Shown: positions 10,261-19,275 of the stretch, piece by piece | Layout of the letters: each line of letters opens with the position of its first letter | How positions within the stretch are numbered: position 1 is the first letter of the stretch | DNA from: Sphingomonadaceae bacterium | GTDB taxonomy: Bacteria; Pseudomonadota; Alphaproteobacteria; Sphingomonadales; Sphingomonadaceae | Reading direction: 5' to 3' | Assembly (NCBI GenBank): GCA_965284665.1 | Contig: OZ260108.1 | Coordinates: 1,450,588 to 1,514,587 of the forward strand | DNA: 64,000 nucleotides | Notes under the pieces: model-generated | Seen by the model: only the letters and a program-made list of their open reading frames with translations | Database searches by the model: none | Told to the model about the DNA's origin: nothing | Made by a program: the position numbers and the translations under genes

Positions 10261-11346
10261 ATGGGCAAGCTGAGCGGCATCACCGTTGTCGACCTGACGC
10301 AGTTCCTGCCGGGCCCGGCAATGACCGTAATGATGGCCGATCAGGGCGCGCGGGTGATCAAGATCGAGCCGCGCGGCGGTGAGCCGGTGCGGAGCCAGGC
10401 GCCGTTCGAGAATGGCCAGTCGGTCTGGTTTGCCAATCTCAACCGCGGCAAGGAAAGCCGGGTGCTTGACCTCAAGAGCGACGAGGGCAAGGCGGCGCTG
10501 CGGGCGCTGATCGCCGAGGCCGATGTCTTTGTCGAAGGCTTCCGACCCGGCGTGATGAAGCGGCTGGGGTTCGATTACCCGGCGGTCCGCGCGCTCAATC
10601 GGCGCATCGTTTACTGCTCGATCTCCGCCTTCGGACAAGAGGGTGAGCTGGCGCACCATCCGGCGCATGACATGGCGGTCCAGGCACTCGCCGGGTTCAT
10701 GAGTGTTAATGACGGGTCAGACGGCACGCCAGTGGTACCGGGCGCGCCCAGCGCCGATCTTGCGGCCGGGCTGACCGCGCTTTCGGCCGTGCTGATGGCG
10801 CTGATCGGGCGCGAGCAGACGGGCGAGGGTGACTATATCGATGTCGCCATGTTCGACAGCCTGCTGCCGTGGTGCGCGCATACCGCAGGCAGCGCTATCG
10901 CCGGCGGGCCATCGCCCAAGTCGAGCGAGCAGCGTTCGCTCGGCGGGGCGGGGTTCTACCAGGTCTACAAGACCAGCGACGGCCGCCACGTCGTGCTCGG
11001 CGGGCGCGAGATCAAGTTCGCCACCAACCTGCTGACGGCGCTGGGCCGACCGGATCTGATTGCCCTGGCCGAACAGGATGCGGGGCCCGTCCAGGCGCCG
11101 CTGATCGCCTTCCTGCGCGAAACCTTCCTCACCAGGACCCGCGACGAGTGGGTGGAGTGGTTCCACGACAAGGACGTGGCCTTTGCCCCGGTGCTCGATT
11201 TCCGCGAAGCGCTGGATGAGCCGCATGTCGCCCAGCGCGGCTTGCTGGTTGAGGCCGATGGCCGCCACCATATCGCCCCGCCGATCCGCTTTGCGGGTGA
11301 AGCGCCATGGCAACCTGGCCCGGTGCCCGAACTGGGCGAGGGTTAG
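10261..11346 (+). CDS. CoA-transferase family III (CaiB/BaiF), second paralog
   Basis: DLTQFLPGP, GARVIKIE, NRGKES, EGFRPGVM, HDMAVQALAG, ADLAAG. Confidence 0.93.
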   Translation: MGKLSGITVVDLTQFLPGPAMTVMMADQGARVIKIEPRGGEPVRSQAPFENGQSVWFANLNRGKESRVLDLKSDEGKAALRALIAEADVFVEGFRPGVMKRLGFDYPAVRALNRRIVYCSISAFGQEGELAHHPAHDMAVQALAGFMSVNDGSDGTPVVPGAPSADLAAGLTALSAVLMALIGREQTGEGDYIDVAMFDSLLPWCAHTAGSAIAGGPSPKSSEQRSLGGAGFYQVYKTSDGRHVVLGGREIKFATNLLTALGRPDLIALAEQDAGPVQAPLIAFLRETFLTRTRDEWVEWFHDKDVAFAPVLDFREALDEPHVAQRGLLVEADGRHHIAPPIRFAGEAPWQPGPVPELGEG

Positions 11347-11352
11347 GGGATG

Positions 11353-12096
11353 TCAGCCGTCGACGTCGATATGCATCGAGTAGGCGAAGCGGTCGCCGGG
11401 ATGGTGGCTGACCGAGATTTCGAAAACGCGGCCCTTGGGGTCGATATAGCAGCGCAGAATCCGCAGCACCGGGCTGCCGCGCTTCAGATCCAGCGCCTTG
11501 GCAATATCGGCGCTGGCGGCCACCGCCTGGATATCCTGGGTAACCTTGCCGACGCTGACGCCCGCGAGCTGCTCGATCTGGCTGAACAGCGTGCCCGCGC
11601 CCAGGTCCAGCTTGGCCACGGCGGCATCGACGCTTTCGTGGAAATAGGCATCGGTCGCGGCAATCGGCTGGCCGTCGAGCTGCGGACTGCGCACGCCGCG
11701 GAAGCAGGTCCAGGCGCCGCTGGTGTCCTCGGCAATCTGCTCGGAAATATCGCGCGGCAGATCGCCGCGGCCGCGCGGCTCGTAGGTCACGTGGGTATCA
11801 CGCGCGTACTGCAGGATTTCGCCCACGTTGGAGAGCGGCTGGTGCAGCGTGCCGCCGCGCGCCGAGGCCGGCTGGACCACCGTGCCCGAGCCGCGCTTGC
11901 GGGCAATCAGCCCTTCGTTCTGCAGCCGGCGCAGCGCCTCGCGAATGGTAAAGCGCGACACGCCATAGCGCTGGCACAGGTCGCTCTCGGTCGGAAACTG
12001 ATCGCGCGCGGAAAACTTGCCGGAGAGGATTTCGGCGCGCAGTTCCCCGGCAACTTGCAGATAGCGGGGGGCTTCACGCTCACGCGGAATGGTCAT
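11353..12096 (-). CDS. GntR family regulator, HutC subfamily (wHTH + UTRA)
   Basis: PRYLQVAGELRAEILSG...PTESDLCQRYGVSRFTIREALRRL plus C-terminal UTRA-like domain; likely start ATG 12096. Confidence 0.92.
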   Translation of the reverse strand: MTIPREREAPRYLQVAGELRAEILSGKFSARDQFPTESDLCQRYGVSRFTIREALRRLQNEGLIARKRGSGTVVQPASARGGTLHQPLSNVGEILQYARDTHVTYEPRGRGDLPRDISEQIAEDTSGAWTCFRGVRSPQLDGQPIAATDAYFHESVDAAVAKLDLGAGTLFSQIEQLAGVSVGKVTQDIQAVAASADIAKALDLKRGSPVLRILRCYIDPKGRVFEISVSHHPGDRFAYSMHIDVDG

Positions 12097-12140
12097 GCTG
12101 GCCTTCAATCCTTGCTCCCATCGGCTCCACGGGGGCGCCC

Positions 12141-13373
12141 ATGAGCGAGCCCCTGCTGGTCCAACTTGTCCGGACACTAGCGCGCCCGATCACGGAAAGC
12201 GATAGGGCGCGTGCGCGGCTCCACTTGCTGGACTGGCTCGCCTGTGTCGCGGGCGCGCGCCAGACGCAAGTGGCCAAGGTGCTGTATGAGGCCGACCTGG
12301 GCGGTGCGCGCCGGGCCGGTTGGCTGGGCGGCGTGCTGGAGATGGACGATGTCCACCGCGCCGCACTGCTCCATCCCGGGCCGGTTATCTGGGCTGCGGC
12401 GCTCGAGGCGGCGGGCGATGTCGATGCCGATCTGGACGCCGTGCTTGATGGCGCTGTGCGCGGCTATCAGGCGATGATCGCGATCGGCGCCAGCTTCGAT
12501 GCGCATCACTATGCCCACTATCATAACACCGCGACGGCGGGCTCGTTCGGTGCCGCTGCGGCAGCCGGATCGGTGCTGAGCCTGGACGAAGGGCAGATGG
12601 TTGCGGCGCTCAGCAATGCCGGGTCGACCACTGGCGGCCTCTGGCAGATGCGCCACGAGGCCGGGATGACCAAGCAATGGCACGTCGCCATGGCCGGGAA
12701 CAATGGCTACTTCGCCGCCTATATGGCCTCGCGAGGGCTCTCCGGTACGGCTTCGGTGCTGGACGGGCCGCAAGGCCTTTACGCGGCGACCTGCGATGCG
12801 CCGAAGCCGCTGGAGCTGGGTGAGGGCTGGCGCATTCACGAGGTCAGCTTCAAGCCTTGGGCGGCCTGTCGCCATGCCCACCCGGTGATCGACTGCGCGC
12901 TGGAATTGCGGGCGCAGGGCAAGCTTGTCGCGCCGTTCCGGGTCGAGACTTATGCCGATGCCATCGCCTTCTGCGACCGGCCCAACCCGGTAACCGAGGT
13001 CGATGCCAAGTTCAGCCTGCAGCATGCCGTGGCCGTGATCGCCAGTGGACGCGAGGCGAAGCCGGAAGACTTTACGCCTGAGGCGATTGCCGAGCTGGCC
13101 CCGCTGCGGGCACAGGTTTCGATTTCGGAAGACAAAGCAATTACAGCGCGTTACCCAGCACACTTCGGTGCACGTGTGAATGGACTGGAACTGATCGACA
13201 CTCGCGGCGATCCGGAGCGGCCGGTGGATGAGGCGGCCATTCGGCACAAGATGCATACCCTTGCTGCCTGGGGCGGGCTGCCCGCCGATGAAGCCGAACG
13301 CGCCTGCGCCTTGGCGCTGGATGGCGATGATGCAGCGGCGATCGCTGACCTGCTGGAGGACTGGCTGGGATGA
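12141..13373 (+). CDS. MmgE/PrpD family protein
   Basis: LLDWLAC, LEMDDVH...HPGPV, KPWAACRHAH, AKFSLQ motifs. Confidence 0.9.
   Translation: MSEPLLVQLVRTLARPITESDRARARLHLLDWLACVAGARQTQVAKVLYEADLGGARRAGWLGGVLEMDDVHRAALLHPGPVIWAAALEAAGDVDADLDAVLDGAVRGYQAMIAIGASFDAHHYAHYHNTATAGSFGAAAAAGSVLSLDEGQMVAALSNAGSTTGGLWQMRHEAGMTKQWHVAMAGNNGYFAAYMASRGLSGTASVLDGPQGLYAATCDAPKPLELGEGWRIHEVSFKPWAACRHAHPVIDCALELRAQGKLVAPFRVETYADAIAFCDRPNPVTEVDAKFSLQHAVAVIASGREAKPEDFTPEAIAELAPLRAQVSISEDKAITARYPAHFGARVNGLELIDTRGDPERPVDEAAIRHKMHTLAAWGGLPADEAERACALALDGDDAAAIADLLEDWLG
12166..12177. promoter_or_regulatory. Second copy of the operator (TTGTCCGGACAC), inside the 5' end of the mmgE/prpD CDS and ~70 bp upstream of gntR
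   Basis: 11/12 match to the 6442-6453 palindrome. Confidence 0.55.
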
Positions 13374-13396
13374 ACCTCTTCACCCACCAACTCCAT

Positions 13397-13484
13397 CGTC
13401 GGCCCGTGCTTGACACGGGCCTTGGCTGTTCTTCGCGCAGCGGCGCAGGAAGAAGCCCAGCCCCGTGTCAAGCACGGGGTGACG
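13397..13484. repeat. CGTC-type REP palindrome dimer
   Basis: CGTCGGCCCGTGCTTGACACGGGCC...GCCCCGTGTCAAGCACGGGGTGACG; inverted arms; same unit at 23521-23604. Confidence 0.85.
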
Positions 13485-13500
13485 GAAGGTGGGTAGGGCG

Positions 13501-14778
13501 GTGACTCCCACGCAAGCCATTCTGCAATTTGCTGCCAAGCCTCATGAGCTGCCCGGGACTGTCCGCGCCGATGCGGTGCGATTGCTGGGCGATACCCTGG
13601 CAGTCGGCGCAGCGGGGACGACCGCGCCGGGGGCCGAAGCCATCCTGGCGGCGGCGCGGGCGATGGGCAGCGGCGCCGATGCCCGCCTGATCGGCACGGC
13701 CGAACGCTTGCCCGCACCGGGGGCGGCCTTCGTCAACGGCTATCGGATCCACTGCCTGGAATGGGACGCGGTCCACGAACCGGCCGTGGTTCACGCCATG
13801 AGCGTCGTGACCGCAGCCCTTGGCGCAGCGATTGACCGCAAGGGCGGCTGCGATCCCGAACACGCGCTGGTGGCGCTCGCCATCGGCGTTGATGTCGCTT
13901 CGGGCCTCGGCATTGCCGCGGACTCGGCGCTCAGTTTCTTCCGTCCGGCCACGGCCGGGGTGATCGGGGCAGCGCTGGCCGTGGCGCGGATCGATGGTGC
14001 ACCGCTGGAGCATGCGCTGGGCCTGGCCTATTCGAGCGCAGCCGGGACGATGCAGGCGCACGTCGAAGGCTCGATCACCCTGCCATTCCAGATCGCCAAT
14101 GCCGCCCGCGCGGCGGTGACTGCCAGCGATCTGGCCAAGGCCGGCTTCACCGCGCCGCTCGATCCGCTGGAGGGGCCGTTCGGGTACTTCAAGCTGATCG
14201 ATCAGGGCGACCTGTCGCGCTATACCCGCGAGCTTGGTCAGGTCTGGCGGATTGCCGAGATCAGCACCAAGCCGTTCCCGTCGGGCCGGGCCAGCCATGC
14301 GGCGCTGGGGGCCTTGCAGGCCTTGGCAGGGCGGGGCGTCGAGCGGATCGAACTCGCCTGTCCCCCGCTGATCCACCGTCTGGTCGGGCGGCCTTACAAG
14401 TCTGACATGACGCCTGCTTATGCGAGGCTGTGCCTGCCGTTCCTGGCGGCGCTGATGCTCACCGACGGCCGGATCGACCCGCGCCGCTTCACGGCGGAAA
14501 ACTTCGCCGATCCGGCGCTCGCGGCGCTGGCCGGCAAGGTCGCGCTGGTGGCGGACGGCAATGCCGATCCCAACGCCCTTTTCCCGCAGGAACTGCGCGT
14601 CACGGTGGGCGGCGCCACGCAGACCATCGCCGTGCCGCACACGCTGGGCAGCCCCGATGCGCCGCTTTCGCCGGCCCAGACCCAGGCAAAGCTTGATTTC
14701 GCCCGTGAACTTGCGCCGGCCGGACACGACCCGCGCCTGTTCACCGATCCCCTGGCCTATTTCACGGACCCGACATGA
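13501..14778 (+). CDS. MmgE/PrpD family protein, second divergent paralog
   Basis: LLGDTLAVGAAG, LEWDAVHEPAVVH, KPFPSGRASH; likely GTG start 13501 (ORF opens at 13489). Confidence 0.9.
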   Translation: MTPTQAILQFAAKPHELPGTVRADAVRLLGDTLAVGAAGTTAPGAEAILAAARAMGSGADARLIGTAERLPAPGAAFVNGYRIHCLEWDAVHEPAVVHAMSVVTAALGAAIDRKGGCDPEHALVALAIGVDVASGLGIAADSALSFFRPATAGVIGAALAVARIDGAPLEHALGLAYSSAAGTMQAHVEGSITLPFQIANAARAAVTASDLAKAGFTAPLDPLEGPFGYFKLIDQGDLSRYTRELGQVWRIAEISTKPFPSGRASHAALGALQALAGRGVERIELACPPLIHRLVGRPYKSDMTPAYARLCLPFLAALMLTDGRIDPRRFTAENFADPALAALAGKVALVADGNADPNALFPQELRVTVGGATQTIAVPHTLGSPDAPLSPAQTQAKLDFARELAPAGHDPRLFTDPLAYFTDPT

Positions 14779-16133
14779 GTTTCCCGACTTACTTCGAAGC
14801 CTTCGACATCAAGCAGATGCTGGCCGATTACCCGGTCGGGAATGCCTTTACCGCGCGCTATCGCAATATCAGCCGGGATGAGATCTTCGCGATCCAGGAT
14901 GCCCAGTTCCGGCGGCTGATGCAGCGCGGCTGGCAGATCCCGTTCTACCAGCGCCTGTGGGGCGCGCAGGGGATCGAGCCAGGCGACATCATGGGCCTCG
15001 CCGACATCACCAAGCTGCCGGTCTATGACAAGTCGGACCTGATGGCCTCGGTCAACGAGCACCCGCCCTATGGCGATTTCGACGGGCGTGGCGATACGCC
15101 GGTGGTGTTCCACACCACCAGCGGCACCACTGGCCGACCACAACCGCTGATGTTCGGGCCCAAGGGGCGCGAGGTGACCAACCTGCTGGTCGGGCGGATG
15201 TACCGCTGGATGGGGCTGAAGCCGGAAGACGTGGTCCATTCGGTCTATGGCCACGGCATGATCAACGGCGGGCATTACATCCGCGAGGCGGTGACGCACT
15301 TCACCAATTCGCTGTTCCTGTCCGCCGGGACGGGGATCGAAACACGCTCGGTCAACCAGGTGAACCTGCTGGCGGACTTCGGGGTGACGGTGATGGTCGG
15401 CTTCGTCGATTACATCAGGAAGCTGGCCGAAGTTGCTGAAGCGGAGCAGCTTTTTGACCGGATCAAGCTGCGGATGATCATCGGCCACCTTGGCACCGAA
15501 GACCGCGCCGCGACCGAAGCGGCCTGGCACGGCGCCAAGGCCTATGACTGGTACGGGGTTGGCGATACCGGCTCGATCGCCGGCGAGGGGCCTGACCGCG
15601 ACGGGCTCTATGTCTGGGAAGATGCGCAGTACCTCGAGCTGCTCGATATCGAGAGCGGCACGCCGGTGGCCAGGGGAGAGACCGGGGACATGGTCGTAAC
15701 CTGCCTGTTCAAGGACGACATCGCCCCCTGCATCCGCTTCAACACCCACGACATCACCCATGAGCTCGATGGGCGGGGCGAGCTGGGCTTCAAGCGGATC
15801 GCCGGTTTCAAGGGCCGCAGCGACAACATGGTCAAGCTGCGCGGGATCAACCTGTTCCCCCACGCCATCGCCGCGCTGATCGAGAACCGGCCCGACCTGA
15901 CCGGTGAATATGTCTGCCACCTGCGCCGCGATGCCGCGACCCAGCGCGACGACATGGTGGTGACGATCGAAAGCCGCGGCGGCAGCAACGCGGGCGAACT
16001 GGCCGAAGTGCTGCGCCGGGGCCTGGGCGTGGAAGTGGCGGTTCAGCTCTGCGCGCCGGGCGAAACGGCCGCCGCAACCCAGATTGATACCCGCCAGAAG
16101 CCGATCCGCCTGATCGACGAGCGCGGTGTGTAA
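14775..16133 (+). CDS. Phenylacetate-CoA ligase (PaaK)-like acyl-CoA ligase
   Basis: P-loop HTTSGTTGRP, YGVGD, GRSDNMVKLRGINLFP. Confidence 0.88.
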   Translation: MSFPTYFEAFDIKQMLADYPVGNAFTARYRNISRDEIFAIQDAQFRRLMQRGWQIPFYQRLWGAQGIEPGDIMGLADITKLPVYDKSDLMASVNEHPPYGDFDGRGDTPVVFHTTSGTTGRPQPLMFGPKGREVTNLLVGRMYRWMGLKPEDVVHSVYGHGMINGGHYIREAVTHFTNSLFLSAGTGIETRSVNQVNLLADFGVTVMVGFVDYIRKLAEVAEAEQLFDRIKLRMIIGHLGTEDRAATEAAWHGAKAYDWYGVGDTGSIAGEGPDRDGLYVWEDAQYLELLDIESGTPVARGETGDMVVTCLFKDDIAPCIRFNTHDITHELDGRGELGFKRIAGFKGRSDNMVKLRGINLFPHAIAALIENRPDLTGEYVCHLRRDAATQRDDMVVTIESRGGSNAGELAEVLRRGLGVEVAVQLCAPGETAAATQIDTRQKPIRLIDERGV

Positions 16134-17290
16134 TGTCGGACCGCTGGGGCGCCTTCGTCGATCTCGATCCTGACGCCCGGGGCGGCGAGGGGCCGCTGGC
16201 GGGGCTGACCGTGGGGGTGAAGTCCAACATCATGGTCAAGGGCCTGCCCTGGACCGGCGGAATGGGCCTCTACCGTGACCGGATCGCCAGCCGCGATGCC
16301 GAAGTGGTCACCCGCCTGCGCACCGCCGGGGCGGCGATCCTGGGCACGGTCAACATGCACGAGGCGGCGCTGGGGGCCCATACCGACAATGCCTTCTACG
16401 GCCGCACGCACAATCCGCACCGGCATGACTATACCCCCGGGGGCTCGTCCGGCGGCAGCGGCGCGGCGGTCGCGGCGGGGCTGTGCGACCTGGCCTTGGG
16501 TACCGATACAATGGGTTCGGTTCGGATCCCGGCGGCCTATTGCGGGGTCTATGGTCTTAAGCCGACAAATGGCGCGATCAGCGAGGATGGCCTCGCCTTT
16601 TTGGAGCCCAGCCTCGACTGCATCGGACCGCTCGCCGTCAGCCTCGATGTGCTGGAACAAGCCTGGCCGATCCTGGCCACCGATCCGGGCCATGCGGTCA
16701 CGTTCACGCGCGCCTTCGTGCTGGGTCGCCAAGGCGAAGTTGAGGTTCAGCCTGCCGTCACGGCCGGCTTCGAAGCTGCGCTGCGCGCTCTACCGCTGAC
16801 GCCCACAACGCTCGACTTGCCCGACAGCCTGACCGATATCCGCATGGCCGGACTTGTTGCGGCAGGGCAGTGGTTGATCGCCGATCTCGGCCCCGAATAC
16901 CGCGAGGACAATCCCGGCCTGTCGGACGAGCTCAAGTTCATCCTCAAGATCACCGCCGGGATGGAGCAGCGACCCGCAGTGCTGGCCCGCACCCGCACCG
17001 CCTTGCGCGAGGCGCTGGGCAACGATGCCGTGGTGATCATGCCGACCGCGCCGCAAGTGGCCTTTCCCCATGGCACCCGCGCCCCGTCCAACCAGGCGGA
17101 CTTTACCTGCCTGGCCAACGTCGCCGGGCTGCCCGCGCTGGCGCTGCCGTCAGGGAGGAGCGAGGATGGCCTGCCGGTCAGCGTCCAGCTGGTCGGCCCG
17201 CCGGGCAGCGAGCCGGGGCTGATAGCGCTGGCCCGCCAGCTAGATAACCAGTTGCAAGCTTACCGCCGTCCGCCAAACATCGAGATCTGA
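16133..17290 (+). CDS. Amidase signature family enzyme
   Basis: GVKSN (Lys), PGGSSGGSGAAVAAG, GTDTMGSVRIPAA (Ser-cisSer-Lys triad). Confidence 0.93.
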   Translation: MSDRWGAFVDLDPDARGGEGPLAGLTVGVKSNIMVKGLPWTGGMGLYRDRIASRDAEVVTRLRTAGAAILGTVNMHEAALGAHTDNAFYGRTHNPHRHDYTPGGSSGGSGAAVAAGLCDLALGTDTMGSVRIPAAYCGVYGLKPTNGAISEDGLAFLEPSLDCIGPLAVSLDVLEQAWPILATDPGHAVTFTRAFVLGRQGEVEVQPAVTAGFEAALRALPLTPTTLDLPDSLTDIRMAGLVAAGQWLIADLGPEYREDNPGLSDELKFILKITAGMEQRPAVLARTRTALREALGNDAVVIMPTAPQVAFPHGTRAPSNQADFTCLANVAGLPALALPSGRSEDGLPVSVQLVGPPGSEPGLIALARQLDNQLQAYRRPPNIEI

Positions 17291-17303
17291 AGGGAGAGAA
17301 ACC

Positions 17304-17609
17304 ATGCGCATCGTCTGCCTGTTCAACCTGAAGGAAGGCGCCAGCCGCGAAGCCTATGAAGCCTGGGCGCGGGGGACCGACATTCCCGGCGTCAATGCGC
17401 TCGGCTCGGTCCGCGGCTTCACTGTCCACCGCGCCACCGGCCTGTTCGGTTCGGATGCCAAGCCGCCCTATGATTACATCGAGGTGATCGACATTCACGG
17501 CATGGATGCCTTCGTGGCCGATGTCTCCGATCCCGAATTCCAGAAGGTAGCCGCCGGGTTTGGCGAATTTACCGACAACCCGACCTTCATCCTGACCGAG
17601 GACCTCTGA
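17304..17609 (+). CDS. REDY-like protein HapK / EthD-like dimeric alpha-beta barrel
   Basis: LFNLK...YEAWARGTDIPGVNAL.SV, PPYDYIEVIDI pattern, 101 aa; family recognised from memory. Confidence 0.72.
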   Translation: MRIVCLFNLKEGASREAYEAWARGTDIPGVNALGSVRGFTVHRATGLFGSDAKPPYDYIEVIDIHGMDAFVADVSDPEFQKVAAGFGEFTDNPTFILTEDL

Positions 17610-17611
17610 AA

Positions 17612-18409
17612 ATGGGCCGGTTCGCGGGCAAGACCATCGTCGTTACCGGCTCGGGCAAGGAAAAGGGCCTGGGCCAGGGCATCTTGCGCCGCTTTGCGGA
17701 CGAGGGCGCGAACTGCGTCGTCTCGGACCTGCGGATCGATGCCGAGGCCGAGGGCGTTGCCGATGACCTGCGCGCGCGCGGCGTGAAGGTGGCGACGATT
17801 GCCTGCGACGTGTCCGATCCGGCCCAGTGCCAGGCCCTGGTCGATCAGGCGGTCGCGGCGCTGGGTTCGGTCGATGTCTTCGTCAACAATGCCGGGATCG
17901 GGTTCATGATGAAGCCGATGCTGGAGGTCGATCCGAAAGACTGGGCGACGGTCATCGCGGTGAACCTCTCAGGCGCGTTCTATTGCACCCAGGCGGCGGC
18001 CAAGGCGATGATTGCCGCTGGCAAGGGCGGGCGGATCATCAACATCGCCAGCCAGGCGGCCAAGACCGGCTTCCCGCACCTGCCGGCCTATGTGAGTTCG
18101 AAGCACGGCTTGGTCGGCCTGACCCGCGCGACGGCTGTGGAGCTGGGTGCGCACGGCATCACCGTCAATGCCGTCTGCCCGAACCACGTCACCACTGGCC
18201 TTGGCGCGCAGCAGAACGAGTATTTCTCCAAGCTGCTCGGGTTCGACACGGTCGAGGCCTACCTCAAGAATATGGCCGCCAAGAACCCGATGGGCCGCCC
18301 GGGCCTGCCGAGCGATACGGCCGCCGCTTGCGCCTGGCTCGCCAGCGATGACGCCTTTTACGTCACCGGCGAAGCGCTGAACGTGAGCGGCGGCGAGGAG
18401 ATGCATTGA
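17612..18409 (+). CDS. SDR family NAD(P)-dependent oxidoreductase
   Basis: TGSGKEKGLG, NNAG, NIAS, YVSSK (YxxxK). Confidence 0.94.
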   Translation: MGRFAGKTIVVTGSGKEKGLGQGILRRFADEGANCVVSDLRIDAEAEGVADDLRARGVKVATIACDVSDPAQCQALVDQAVAALGSVDVFVNNAGIGFMMKPMLEVDPKDWATVIAVNLSGAFYCTQAAAKAMIAAGKGGRIINIASQAAKTGFPHLPAYVSSKHGLVGLTRATAVELGAHGITVNAVCPNHVTTGLGAQQNEYFSKLLGFDTVEAYLKNMAAKNPMGRPGLPSDTAAACAWLASDDAFYVTGEALNVSGGEEMH

Positions 18410-19275
18410 TGCGAGAGGAACGGATGGACCTGCCCGGCGGCGCCAGGATGGCGCTGTCGGTCGTGGTCAATGTCGAGGAAGGCAGCGAACAGACCATCGC
18501 CCGCGGCGACAAGGGGATGGAGCCAGTCGACGAGCTGGGCATCTTCATCAAGGCCCCGATCCGCAACTATGCGAACGAGAGCAATTACCTCTACGGGATC
18601 AAGGCGGGCGCGCCGCGCGTGGTCAAGCTGCTGAAAGCTTTCGACATCATGGCGAGCTGGACGGTGGCGGCACTGTCGCTCGAGAACCATCCGGAGATTG
18701 CCGAGGCCATCGTCGAGCTGGGGCACGAGCCGGTCAGCCACGGCTGGCGCTGGGTCCATCAGTTCCGTCTGAACGAGGAGCAGGAGCGCGAGTTCATCCG
18801 CAAGGCCGTGGCGAGCATCGAAAAGACCTGTGGCGTGCGCCCCTATGGCTGGCTGTCGCGCTATATGCTGACCGACAACACCCGCCGCCTGCTGATCGAG
18901 GAGGGCTTCTCCTACCACATGGACGATTACAGCGGCGACGTGCCGTTCTGGGATCGCGAGACGGTAACCGGCAAGCCGATGGTGATTGTGCCCTACCAGC
19001 TCGACAACAATGACATGAAGATGTGGACCGATCCGGCCATGACGCCTGAGCAGTGGTTGGCCTATGCCAAGCGCAACTTCGACCAGGTCTATCGCGAAGG
19101 CGTGGAAGGCAATCCCAAGATGATGAGCCTGGGGCTACACCTGCGGATAATCGGCCGGCCGGGACGGATCTGGGCGCTGGAGGAGTTCTTCAAGCACGTC
19201 CGCCAGCACGACGGGGTCTGGGTGACGACGCGCAAGGCAATTGCCGATCACTATGCCCAGACGGTGCCGGCATGA
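18409..19275 (+). CDS. Polysaccharide deacetylase fold, PuuE/allantoinase-like amidohydrolase
   Basis: VVVNVEEG, HGWRW, GWLSR, GLHLRIIGRPGR match the PuuE-type pattern. Confidence 0.85.
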   Translation: MREERMDLPGGARMALSVVVNVEEGSEQTIARGDKGMEPVDELGIFIKAPIRNYANESNYLYGIKAGAPRVVKLLKAFDIMASWTVAALSLENHPEIAEAIVELGHEPVSHGWRWVHQFRLNEEQEREFIRKAVASIEKTCGVRPYGWLSRYMLTDNTRRLLIEEGFSYHMDDYSGDVPFWDRETVTGKPMVIVPYQLDNNDMKMWTDPAMTPEQWLAYAKRNFDQVYREGVEGNPKMMSLGLHLRIIGRPGRIWALEEFFKHVRQHDGVWVTTRKAIADHYAQTVPA

